From positions 17,421-81,420 of the forward strand of contig CANRNP010000002.1 of assembly GCA_947632015.1 (NCBI GenBank): DNA of 64,000 nt, given 5' to 3'. Shown here piece after piece: positions 56,216 through 64,000 of the stretch. The stretch comes from an uncultured Clostridia bacterium. Lineage in GTDB: Bacteria > Bacillota > Clostridia > Christensenellales > Borkfalkiaceae. Both the position numbers and the translations under genes were made by a program. The notes beneath the pieces were generated by a model that searched no databases, was not told the origin of the DNA, and saw nothing but the letters and a program-made list of their open reading frames with translations. The first letter of the stretch is position 1. Each line of letters starts with the position of its first letter.

Positions 56216-57652
56216 ATGAAAAAGCGCGTACTTTTAGCGGGGATCCTGGGGCTGGCGCTCGTACTCGCGGCTGCCGGATGCGGCGAAAAAGAGCCGAGCG
56301 GCGGCGGTGGCTGGTACGATAAAGACATCTGGATGACGAGCGGACCGGTCGTTCCGCAGGGAGAATATTCCCTGCCGAGTTCGGTCAATTTCGGCGCCGA
56401 CGTCGCCGTGCACGACCCGTCCGTATTTTATGATGACGTAACGCAAAAATATTACGCTTTCGGCACCCACTACGCCGTAGCGAGCTCGACCGACCTCATC
56501 ACCTGGACGCAGGAAGCGAGGGACGGCAACAGCGAATTCCTCTTCGGCAACGGCGGCGCGGACGCAAAACTGCAAACGCTCAAAACGACGCTTGGCATCA
56601 GCGGGGGGCTCGACGCTTGGGCGCCCGACGTGATGAAGATCGGCAATATGTACTACATGTACCTGAGCGCGACGGCGGCGTTCGGCTCGAATAAATCGGG
56701 CATCGTGCGGGTGCGCGCGAACAACGTTTTGGGACCTTACAGAGAGGAGGAGACGATCGTCTTTTCGGAAGGCATGGGCGGTCAGCCCAACTGCATCGAC
56801 CCCGAACTCTTCTACGATAAAGAGGGAAAACTGTGGATGGTCTACGGCTCCTTCTTCGCGGGGGTCTATATCAAGGAGCTCGACGAGAAGGGAATGCCCG
56901 TGGAAGAGGGCTTCGGTAAACTCCTCTGGAAGGGCAACAGCACGGGCGTAGAGGGTCCCTTCATCTTCTACAACCAGGAACTCGATTACTACTATCTCAT
57001 GACGAGCGACGGCTCCCTTTCGTCAAATTATAACATGCGCGTGGCGCGCAGTAAGAACCCGGACGGACCCTATACCGACATCTCGGGCAAGAACATGGCG
57101 CAGTCGGCGGGGCTCGGCAACAAGCTCACGGGCAACTACAAGTTCGCGGGCGACATGGGTTATGCCGCGCTCGGACACAACTCCGTCATCAAAAAGGACG
57201 GCAAATATCTCGTCGTTCACCACACCCGCTGGGAAGAGGGATCGGGCGTGAGCGGCGGTCACCGCGTGGAAGTGCGCCAGCTCTTCTTCAACGAGGCGGG
57301 CTGGCCCGTGCTCTCCCCCAACCGCTATGCGGGGGAAAAGAAGGGCGCCGTTACGCAGGAACAGGCATCGGGCAGCTACGACGTGGTCGTGCACAGCACC
57401 TATTCCGACCCCTCGTTCGTCTCCTCCGTGCGCTACACCTTTAATACGGACGGCAAGATCATGAGCGGAGAGACGGAAGCGGGTACATGGAGCGTCTCGC
57501 AGAACTATTACGTCACGGTCACTCTGGGCGGGATCGAATATCAGGGCGTGATCGCGCCCGCATGGCTCAATTACGGCGCGGCGAAGGGTGCGCTCTGCAT
57601 TACGGCGACCTCTTCGGCAGGCGGCGCGCTCTGGGCGAACGCCGCGATCTGA
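56216..57652 (+). CDS. Glycoside hydrolase family 43 (arabinanase/xylosidase-like), lipoprotein
   Basis: MKKRVLLAGILGLALVLAAAGCGEKE (lipobox). Five-bladed-propeller motifs VHDPSVFYDD..YYAFGTH, WAPDVMKIGNMYYMYLS and VEGPFIFYN. A C-terminal beta-sandwich-like extension. Confidence 0.8.
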   Translation: MKKRVLLAGILGLALVLAAAGCGEKEPSGGGGWYDKDIWMTSGPVVPQGEYSLPSSVNFGADVAVHDPSVFYDDVTQKYYAFGTHYAVASSTDLITWTQEARDGNSEFLFGNGGADAKLQTLKTTLGISGGLDAWAPDVMKIGNMYYMYLSATAAFGSNKSGIVRVRANNVLGPYREEETIVFSEGMGGQPNCIDPELFYDKEGKLWMVYGSFFAGVYIKELDEKGMPVEEGFGKLLWKGNSTGVEGPFIFYNQELDYYYLMTSDGSLSSNYNMRVARSKNPDGPYTDISGKNMAQSAGLGNKLTGNYKFAGDMGYAALGHNSVIKKDGKYLVVHHTRWEEGSGVSGGHRVEVRQLFFNEAGWPVLSPNRYAGEKKGAVTQEQASGSYDVVVHSTYSDPSFVSSVRYTFNTDGKIMSGETEAGTWSVSQNYYVTVTLGGIEYQGVIAPAWLNYGAAKGALCITATSSAGGALWANAAI

Positions 57653-57750
57653 TCGATCCTTTTGCGCGGAAAACTTGGTATCTTTCTGTCCCCCCCATGA
57701 GGGGGGACATGTCATAAAAACACGATACGTATGCAAAAATAAGGTACGAT

Positions 57751-59238
57751 ATGGCGATCAAATATCCGAAGAACCCGCATTTCAATCCGTTGCAGATGCG
57801 CACGCCCGACTACCGCAGCTGGCAGGAGGGTTGCGCGCACGACCCCGCGCTCCTCGAATGGGAGGGAATGTATTATGCCTATTCGACGGACACCTTCGGC
57901 GCGCCGAGCGGCTACCAGATCAGAAAGAGCGCCGACCTTCTCCACTGGGAGTACGTCGGCTCCGCCTTCGACATGGAGGACACCGCCCCGCTCTACCGTT
58001 GCGGCAAGGGGGAATTTCAGCCCGCATACGACCATTGCGTGACGGCGGCGTCCGAAGTGGGCTACGGCGTGTGCGCGAGGAAGGACGGCAACATGGCGTT
58101 CTGGGCGCCCCATTGCGTGCGCGGCGCGGACGGGAAATTTTGGCTGTTCTTCTGCCTTACGGGCTATTTCGGCGGGAGCAAATCGTGCATCGGGCTCGCC
58201 AAATCCGACCGTCCCGACGGCGGTTTCCGCTATACAGGTCTCATTTTGCGCTCCCCCGCGGGTTGGAGAACGCCCAACTGCATCGACCCGCAGTTTTTCA
58301 GCGCCGAGGGGAGGAGTTTCCTCGTCTACGGCTCCTTCGGGCTCGGCATCTTCCTCATCGAGCTCGACCCCGCCACGGGACTGAGAAAAGACGGGCTCAC
58401 CTTTGAAGATTTTACCGAAAAACGTTGTACGTTCCAAGAATATTACGGCATTCCGCTCGCCCGCGGCTCCCTCGAAGGGGGCGTTGTGCGCTACCACAAG
58501 GGGGTAGACGTGCTCGAAAACGGCGTTTGGGTCAAGAAGAATTATTACTATCTCATGTGCTCTTACGGCTCCCTCTCCTCCGTCTACAACATGCGCTGCG
58601 GCAGGAGCGAGAAGCCCGAAGGTCCGTATGTGGACGTCAACGGCAACGTGCTCGTCTGCTCCACCGATCTCGGCACGGGGAATAAACTGCTCGGCTCCTT
58701 CCGCCGCGCGGGCGAACCCGACTTCTTCTGCCCCGGTCATAACGATCTGTTCGTCACTTCGGGCGGCGTCAACCTCATCTCCTACCATTGCCGCACGAAC
58801 TACTTCATCGAAAAGCGGGTGAGCCGCTCCGCCAACTTCCACTACCTCTATCTCGGACAGTACACCTTCAATTCCGAGGGCTGGCTCGTGATGAACTCCA
58901 ACCGCTATGCGGGGGAGGAATTGCAGAGCGTCACCCCCGACGAGCTCCTGAACATCACGGCGGGAAAATTCGAGGCGGTACGCTTTACGCAGGGCTATAA
59001 GACGGTGGAAGCGGTGCGGGTGGAACTTCTTGCCGACGGAACGTTGCGCGGCGCCTTCACGGGCGTGTGGCGCATGTACGGCGACCGCTACATTTCGGTC
59101 ACTGCCGACGGGGAAGAATATCTCGGCGTCGTCATGCCCGCCTGGCACGAAGGGCAGGGCGCGGCGGGGCTCACGGTAACGGCGCTCGGCAGAACGAGCG
59201 GAATGGCGCTCCACCTCGACAGCACTTACCGCATCTGA
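57751..59238 (+). CDS. Glycoside hydrolase family 43 (arabinanase-like), no signal peptide
   Basis: AHDPALLEWEGMYYAYSTD, FWAPHCVRGADGKFWLFF and LEGGVVRYHKG are GH43 catalytic-blade patterns. 495 aa. Confidence 0.8.
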   Translation: MAIKYPKNPHFNPLQMRTPDYRSWQEGCAHDPALLEWEGMYYAYSTDTFGAPSGYQIRKSADLLHWEYVGSAFDMEDTAPLYRCGKGEFQPAYDHCVTAASEVGYGVCARKDGNMAFWAPHCVRGADGKFWLFFCLTGYFGGSKSCIGLAKSDRPDGGFRYTGLILRSPAGWRTPNCIDPQFFSAEGRSFLVYGSFGLGIFLIELDPATGLRKDGLTFEDFTEKRCTFQEYYGIPLARGSLEGGVVRYHKGVDVLENGVWVKKNYYYLMCSYGSLSSVYNMRCGRSEKPEGPYVDVNGNVLVCSTDLGTGNKLLGSFRRAGEPDFFCPGHNDLFVTSGGVNLISYHCRTNYFIEKRVSRSANFHYLYLGQYTFNSEGWLVMNSNRYAGEELQSVTPDELLNITAGKFEAVRFTQGYKTVEAVRVELLADGTLRGAFTGVWRMYGDRYISVTADGEEYLGVVMPAWHEGQGAAGLTVTALGRTSGMALHLDSTYRI

Positions 59239-59253
59239 AAAAATTTTTTGCAA

Positions 59254-59288
59254 AGGGCTCTTCCTCAAAAGGGGAGAGCCCTCTTTTT
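59254..59288 (+). terminator. Rho-independent terminator
   Basis: AGGGCTCTTCC-tcaaaa-GGGGAGAGCCCT followed by CTTTTTG. Confidence 0.7.
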
Positions 59289-59404
59289 GTGCGCGCGGCG
59301 CAAAAAATTGTGAAAAAAGAAAAAAATTTTTTTCAATACGGCTTGACAAAGCAGCATTTCTATGTAATAATGAAAAAGAGCACGGTGGTATGAGGGAAAA
59401 TATC

Positions 59405-61225
59405 ATGAAGATGAAAAAATTTGCCGTTTTTTTCGCCGCGGCGCTCATGCTCTTTTCCTGCGGATGCGGGGAAACGGGCACACAGAACGGCGGGGACGGC
59501 GGCGATGGTGAGCATATGGAGAACACGTTTTTTAAGGATTACGCAAATTTGCCCGAACTGAGGCTGGGCTCCTACTACTCGGCGGAGGAAGAGGGTGTGC
59601 GGCTCGCAAAACTGCGCGTGCCGTTCACGGACACGTTCAGCTTTTCGTTTTCGCCTAACCTCGTTGCGCGGGTGGAACTTTTCGACGAGACGGGCAACCC
59701 TCTCGCCGACAAGACGGAGGATTTCAAGATCCGTCTGAAAGAGGGCGACCTCGTGTGCGCGCGCTTTACGACGAAGAACGGGCTCATCCGCGTGAATGTG
59801 ACGCCCAACGCGCACAGCCAGCTCATGCCCTTCGAGGTAAACGCGGCGCCCGATCCTTCCCGCTTTGCGACCCATTCCGACCCCGCGGCGGATCCGATGA
59901 AGCCCGCGGAGATCGAATACGTCAAGCGGAAGGGCACGCTGTACGTCTACTGTAACGCCCCGGAGGGGCTCTGGGAGGGCGCGCACGTCATCAACCACTG
60001 TATCACGCGGCAGGATATTTCCGACCAGAGCGTGTTCTTTACGATGGAACAGCAGAGCGACCGCATTTCGCCTTCGGTGTATTACGGCTACCGCGTGCGC
60101 AACACGGGGACGGAGGACGTCTATGTGTCGGTGCGCAACATCGGCTACCAGCGGATGGGCGCGGGGTCTTACCTCGGCGAACAGGAATGGACGCATTTTT
60201 ACAATACGAATTTCAAGATCCCCAACTTTTCCGATTTTACCGAGAGCCAGATGGCGAACTGGAAGGCGTATTTCGATTTCGCGGGGAACTATCAGCTTTC
60301 GATGTTCAAGCCGACCGTCTACCGCATTCCCGCGGGTAGATTCATGTATGTGTTCGGCGGCACGAAAGAGGACGCCTTCGGCAGATACGACGTCGGCGAT
60401 ACGGCGGATCACCCCGTAAACGGCGGCTGTCAGAACGGCGCGGTGCTGTTCGAAGTGATCGGCAAGGCGGAGGGCGCCTACTATGTGTATGACGACCCCG
60501 CGAAAGTGGCTCCGGGCACGGAGGGCGGAGACGATCATCTCGGCATTACCGACCCCGAAGCCTACGGCGTCGTCCATACGGGCGAGGACGTCGGCTATGT
60601 GGTGGACAACGAAGCGACGTGGACGTTCAACGATATGACCCCCGCGGGCAAACTTCCCGTCACCTTCGAAAATTATTATATGGACGAAGTCCCCGAATCG
60701 GGCGAACCGGGCGAGAGGATCCCTTCCACCCCGCACCGCCAGACCCTCGAAGAATGGGTCACGCATATCAACGTGCAAACGGCGCACGAGGCGGTGGGCA
60801 CCGATATGACGTCTTTCCACACCCTGTTCAACAAAAAGAAGGGGGACGGGGTACAGCTTCCCATAACCGTCGGGTGCGAATGGTACGACAGCCGCGGCAA
60901 GCTCGCCAACATCGGCAACTGGATGAAGGATTACCAGGACGTATTCACGTTTGTCAACCAGGGCGACGGGGATCGGGAAGTGATCGTAAACCTCAACTGT
61001 ACGGGCGCGCTGTGTACCCTCGTGCGCAATGTCGACGGCAGCGTGGTAAAGGACAGCGAATATTTCGCCTTCCAGCGCGGGAGCGATCAATTCGGCGAGG
61101 GTTACGATAAAGCCTTCCATTACAAGGCGAAGATCCCTGCGCACACGGTGGTGCAATTCGTGGTGGAATACAACCTTATGGCGAACTCCACGGGCTATGT
61201 GCGCCATAGCGTAGAACTGTTATAA
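59405..61225 (+). CDS. Lipoprotein of unknown function (606 aa) at the end of the GH43 locus
   Basis: MKMKKFAVFFAAALMLFSCGCGETG (lipobox). GAGGGA lies 7 nt upstream of the ATG at 59405. No family recognised. Confidence 0.6.
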   Translation: MKMKKFAVFFAAALMLFSCGCGETGTQNGGDGGDGEHMENTFFKDYANLPELRLGSYYSAEEEGVRLAKLRVPFTDTFSFSFSPNLVARVELFDETGNPLADKTEDFKIRLKEGDLVCARFTTKNGLIRVNVTPNAHSQLMPFEVNAAPDPSRFATHSDPAADPMKPAEIEYVKRKGTLYVYCNAPEGLWEGAHVINHCITRQDISDQSVFFTMEQQSDRISPSVYYGYRVRNTGTEDVYVSVRNIGYQRMGAGSYLGEQEWTHFYNTNFKIPNFSDFTESQMANWKAYFDFAGNYQLSMFKPTVYRIPAGRFMYVFGGTKEDAFGRYDVGDTADHPVNGGCQNGAVLFEVIGKAEGAYYVYDDPAKVAPGTEGGDDHLGITDPEAYGVVHTGEDVGYVVDNEATWTFNDMTPAGKLPVTFENYYMDEVPESGEPGERIPSTPHRQTLEEWVTHINVQTAHEAVGTDMTSFHTLFNKKKGDGVQLPITVGCEWYDSRGKLANIGNWMKDYQDVFTFVNQGDGDREVIVNLNCTGALCTLVRNVDGSVVKDSEYFAFQRGSDQFGEGYDKAFHYKAKIPAHTVVQFVVEYNLMANSTGYVRHSVELL

Positions 61226-61235
61226 CAAGCTCACA

Positions 61236-61680
61236 ATTCCTTTGTTTTTGCGGTACATGCCGCCAAAACGGGTAGGGGAGGGCGCCTACTTTATCCTCCT
61301 TACAAGGCGCTCTTCCCTTTTTTATTCGCCGTAAACGGGGGAGGGGCAGGGTGACGGGTTTGGAATGAGCGAAATACTCTTGCCCACCCCTTGAGGGGTG
61401 GGTGTCTCGCCAAAGGCGAGACGGAAGGGGTGTATGCCCACTGCATAGAACACCCCCTCAGTCACTTCGTGACAGCTCCCCCTCAAGGGGGCGCCAAGAG
61501 AACACTGTGGCGACCCTTCGACACGTCTCGCTTCGCTCGTCGGCTCAGGGTGACGTTTTAGAACGTTTGTCCGCTACTTCGGAGCTTTGCTCCTCGTGCC
61601 GCCCTTCGGCAACACAGAACGTGCGGGCGGCTCAGGGTGACATATTCAGAACGTGCGGGCAGGGGGGGCGAATTTAGAAT
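61236..61680. repeat. Intergenic mosaic repeat cluster 4
   Basis: Contains the reverse complement of the cluster-2 segment 7866-7950 (GCCCACCCCTTGAGGGGTGGG...GTCTCGCCaaaGGCGAGAC...GGAAGGGGTGT). Also contains a copy of the cluster-1 unit CTCAGTCACttcGTGACAGCTCCCCCTCAAGGGGGCGCC. A reverse module A lies at 61508-61555, with a second partial copy at 61625-61641. Confidence 0.85.
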
Positions 61681-61698
61681 ATGAGGCGCAAAAAATCC

Positions 61699-61727
61699 TT
61701 GACAGAGACGCGCCTTTTTGCTACAAT
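61699..61727 (+). promoter_or_regulatory. SigA-type promoter upstream of the small-ORF/serpin locus
   Basis: TTGACA (61699-61704), 17 nt, TACAAT (61722-61727). Confidence 0.55.
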
Positions 61728-61733
61728 GATTAT

Positions 61734-61898
61734 GCGACAACAATAGAATAAGCAGAATAGATTTCGTAAAAATAGTCGAAACAATCTTTGCCATTGGGCG
61801 GATGAGTGCTATTTTTGCATTTCTATTCTTCTATTGTTGTCGCAAACAATACCGCCGATGGAGCGCGGCTCCTTAGGGGGTACGCGCTTTATTTTATC
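61734..61898 (+). promoter_or_regulatory. Structured 5' leader (long interrupted stem plus a terminator-like hairpin), candidate cis-regulatory RNA of unknown class
   Basis: GCGACAACAATAGA (61734-61747) pairs perfectly with TCTATTGTTGTCGC (61830-61843). AGAATAG (61754-61760) pairs with CTATTCT (61823-61829). Then AGCGCG-15 nt-CGCGCT followed by TTTATTTTAT (61862-61898), just before the RBS AAAGGAGG. Confidence 0.35.
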
Positions 61899-61918
61899 TT
61901 TCAAAGGAGGAAAGGAAC

Positions 61919-62170
61919 ATGGACAACGACGGAAAAGTAGAACGGGTAATGCTCGAAGTATTGCGGCGCTTGGAGGACGATAGCGCGGGGCTTACGATTT
62001 GCCCCACGGACGATCACGCTTACCTGCTCACCGAGGAAGATCTTCTGCGCGATCTTACGATCTTTTCGGACGAAGTATTCGATGGCGAGGTGACGCGGGA
62101 GCCGTCCGCGGTCGTCGTCAAATTCCGCAACGGGCAGACGTTTCGCATCACGGTGGCGGAAAAGCTGTGA
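61919..62170 (+). CDS. Hypothetical small acidic protein (83 aa)
   Basis: Strong RBS AAAGGAGG 8 nt upstream. Followed by a clean terminator. No family recognised. Confidence 0.5.
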   Translation: MDNDGKVERVMLEVLRRLEDDSAGLTICPTDDHAYLLTEEDLLRDLTIFSDEVFDGEVTREPSAVVVKFRNGQTFRITVAEKL

Positions 62171-62198
62171 GCCGATCGAAAAAAGATCGGCTTTTTTT
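62171..62198 (+). terminator. Rho-independent terminator
   Basis: GCCGATC-gaaaaaa-GATCGGC followed by TTTTTTT. Confidence 0.75.
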
Positions 62199-62266
62199 GA
62201 AAGACGGTGAGTAAAACTGTTCGCCTGTTCGTCTATAAGATAGAAAGGTAAAAAAGGAGACGTTTT

Positions 62267-63589
62267 ATGGATCGCAGACTCAAACTCCCCGCGCTTCTGA
62301 GTGCGGGCATCCTGCTGATTTCTCTTTCTGCCTGCGGCGGAAACAAGAAAACCCTCGGCAAGCCCGATACTGCCGTGCCGCTCAGCTACACCGAGCGCCG
62401 CGAGAAGGGGGAAGCGTTCGATTCCTTGCTCTCCGCTTCCAACGCATTTGCGGCAAAGTTTGCGCCCAAGGCTGCCGCGCTCTCGGAACAGAAAAACGTC
62501 GCCCTGTCCCCCGTTTCCGTGTACATGGCGCTCGCCCTCGCGGCGCAGTGCGCTTCGGGAGAGACGGCAGACGAGCTCTACGCGGTATTAAACGCGCCCC
62601 GCGAGACGGTAACGGCGGAATTTTCCGACTTCTACCGCTCCCTCACGGCGGAATACACGGACAGCAGGGGAAAAGTCGAGGCGCGGGTCGATCTCGGCAA
62701 TTCCATCTGGATCAACAAGGGAACGTCTTTCCATGAGAGTTGCATCCAAACCCTCGCGACCGACTATCATTGCTATTCCTACGCCGCCGACTTCCTGCAC
62801 GACAACGCGGGCGCGAACAAGGCGGTGCAAAATTTCGTCAAGGAGCAGACGCACGGGCTCATCGACCAAGAGTTCGAGCTCTCCGAGGACACCCTCTTCA
62901 CCCTCATCAATACCCTTTATCTGAAAGAGCTCTGGAACGACGAGGGCGACGAACTGCCGCTCACCCAAACGAGCTATTCCTTCCGGCAGGGGGACGGGAG
63001 CGAAAAGACGGGTCCCCTCATGCAGGGGAAGTACATCGGCGGGCAGGCATTCGACGGGGAAAATTTCACGACCTTCTTTACCCGCACCCTGCACGGCTAT
63101 CGGCTTCATTTTTTGGTGCCGAAGGAGGGCGTTTCGCTTGCCGAAGTCTTTACCGAGGAAACCCTCAACGCCTTGCAGACGGTCGATTACGGCGGCTACG
63201 ACGAGGAAACGGACACCTATTACAGCACCCGCTGTCTCTTCCCCGCGTATGAAGCGGACTTCGATGCGGCGGTGGACGACGTTTTGAAAGAGATGGGGAT
63301 CGGGCGGTTCTTCCTCGACCCCGGAATCTATCCCGACGGCTGCGAGTTTGAAACGCTCACCGACGAAGAAGTCTATTGCAAGAAGGTTCGGCACGTCGCC
63401 AAACTCAAAGTGGAGCGGCGGGGGATCGAAGGTGCGGCGGTCACCGTCGCCGAAATGGGCGCGGCAACGGCGCCCGATCCCGCCACCAAGTACGTCTATG
63501 AGGACTTTATCGTTGACCGCGCCTTTGGGTTCGTCCTCACCGACCCCTACGGCGTCACCCTCTTTTCGGGCGTCGTCAATACCATATAA
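62267..63589 (+). CDS. Serpin-family serine protease inhibitor, lipoprotein
   Basis: MDRRLKLPALLSAGILLISLSACGG (lipobox). Serpin core patterns NVALSPVSVYMALALAAQCASGETADEL, FVKEQTHGLI and TLINTLYLKELW. Hinge/reactive-centre-loop region RGIEGAAVTVAEMGAATAP, then FIVDRAFGFVL. Confidence 0.85.
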   Translation: MDRRLKLPALLSAGILLISLSACGGNKKTLGKPDTAVPLSYTERREKGEAFDSLLSASNAFAAKFAPKAAALSEQKNVALSPVSVYMALALAAQCASGETADELYAVLNAPRETVTAEFSDFYRSLTAEYTDSRGKVEARVDLGNSIWINKGTSFHESCIQTLATDYHCYSYAADFLHDNAGANKAVQNFVKEQTHGLIDQEFELSEDTLFTLINTLYLKELWNDEGDELPLTQTSYSFRQGDGSEKTGPLMQGKYIGGQAFDGENFTTFFTRTLHGYRLHFLVPKEGVSLAEVFTEETLNALQTVDYGGYDEETDTYYSTRCLFPAYEADFDAAVDDVLKEMGIGRFFLDPGIYPDGCEFETLTDEEVYCKKVRHVAKLKVERRGIEGAAVTVAEMGAATAPDPATKYVYEDFIVDRAFGFVLTDPYGVTLFSGVVNTI

Positions 63590-63620
63590 TATATAAGGTA
63601 TAAGAATAAGGGATAAAGAA

Positions 63621-63657
63621 GCCGCGGCGCGCTTGGAGAACCCAAGCGCGCCGCGGC
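63621..63657. terminator. Long GC-rich hairpin between convergent genes (probable terminator, weak T-tract)
   Basis: GCCGCGGCGCGCTTGG-agaac-CCAAGCGCGCCGCGGC. A T-rich tract is present only on the minus-strand side. Confidence 0.4.
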
Positions 63658-63659
63658 GT

Positions 63660-63800
63660 TACGTTCTATTGTCATTTCGAGTGAAGCGAAGCGGAATCGA
63701 GGAATCTCAACCTTAGGGCGAATATTGCAGAGATTTCTCCACGCGGTCGCTTCGTTCCCTTGGCCGAAATGACAGTATTATAATGTCATGTCGAAGGTTC
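63660..63800. repeat. Intergenic repeat cluster 5 (related GTCATTTCGAG...GAGGAATC type units, inverted pair)
   Basis: TGTCATTTCGAGTGAAGCGAAGCGGAATCGAGGAATCTC and, inverted, GATTTCTCCACGCGGTCGCTTCGTTCCCTTGGCCGAAATGACA. Same design as module A (GTCACCCTGAGC...GAAGGGTC) and as CGATTCCTCGACTACGCTCGGAATGAC at 8253-8279. Confidence 0.7.
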
Positions 63801-63817
63801 CAGTGCATTCAGACCGT

Positions 63818-64000
63818 TCACTTCTTTCCGTTCAGCCGCTCGTTCTCCTCGTCCGTGTTCATATAGTCGGCATGCGGCTCTTCGGGCGGTCGCCGGAAGG
63901 GGTTGCCGTTTTTACACCAGAGCATGAGGCAGGCGAACAGGATCGCCGCGCCTACGCCGATCAAGGCATACAGCCAGCCGAGATACACCCCCAAAAAAAA
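63818..64000 (-). CDS. C-terminal end of a membrane protein (partial; gene continues past the right edge)
   Basis: My minus-strand translation reads ...GVYLGWLYALIGVGAAILFACLMLWCKNGNPFRRPPEEPHADYMNTDEENERLNGKK*, a TM helix plus a short tail. Open at position 64000. Confidence 0.4.
   Translation of the reverse strand, partial: FFLGVYLGWLYALIGVGAAILFACLMLWCKNGNPFRRPPEEPHADYMNTDEENERLNGKK

Noticed and set aside
1-64000. Mobile elements, prophage, defence islands, toxin-antitoxin pairs, rRNA and tRNA genes
   Set aside because: I saw no integrase, transposase, recombinase, phage structural, Cas, restriction-modification or toxin motifs in any credible ORF. The three small XRE regulators have no adjacent toxin-like partner. 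I noticed no tRNA-like T-arm (GGTTCGAATCC-type) or rRNA sequence in the intergenic regions.

Overview
About 60% G+C, Clostridia-like chromosome segment that appears to span the replication origin. The left ~40 kb is mostly minus-strand housekeeping: uvrA/uvrB, glnS, glyQS, rplM-rpsI, a cysE-cysS-alaS block, GTP-PEPCK, NfeD-flotillin and rsmG. A 366-bp gap (40142-40507) carries a DnaA-box cluster and an AT-rich tract. To its right the genes are mostly plus-strand: dnaN, rpmH-rnpA-yidD-yidC-jag, yyaC, cvpA, three parS sites, ftsH and parA-parB. These are followed by a sugar-uptake/GH43 locus and a lipoprotein serpin. No dnaA gene is present in the window. I found no transposase, integrase, CRISPR-Cas, recognisable toxin-antitoxin pair, rRNA or tRNA. 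The least explained content is about 2.7 kb of intergenic DNA in five clusters. These clusters are shuffled short hairpin modules in both orientations, with compensatory stem changes between copies, and include a head-to-tail array with a ~126-bp period. The clusters bracket the two most accessory-looking loci, an orphan prepilin gene and the serpin locus. Other items worth a second look:
- an orphan consensus promoter driving a ~190-nt structured transcript with no downstream ORF
- a structured leader before the serpin locus
- a very acidic double zinc-ribbon protein with an SSB-like tail
- a 603-aa AlaRS that lacks the C-terminal domain
- a YidC with a ~200-aa extracytoplasmic insertion
All protein calls rest on motifs I recognise by eye in the supplied translations. 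No database search or numerical computation was run. Gene starts were refined by hand from RBS context and are approximate.
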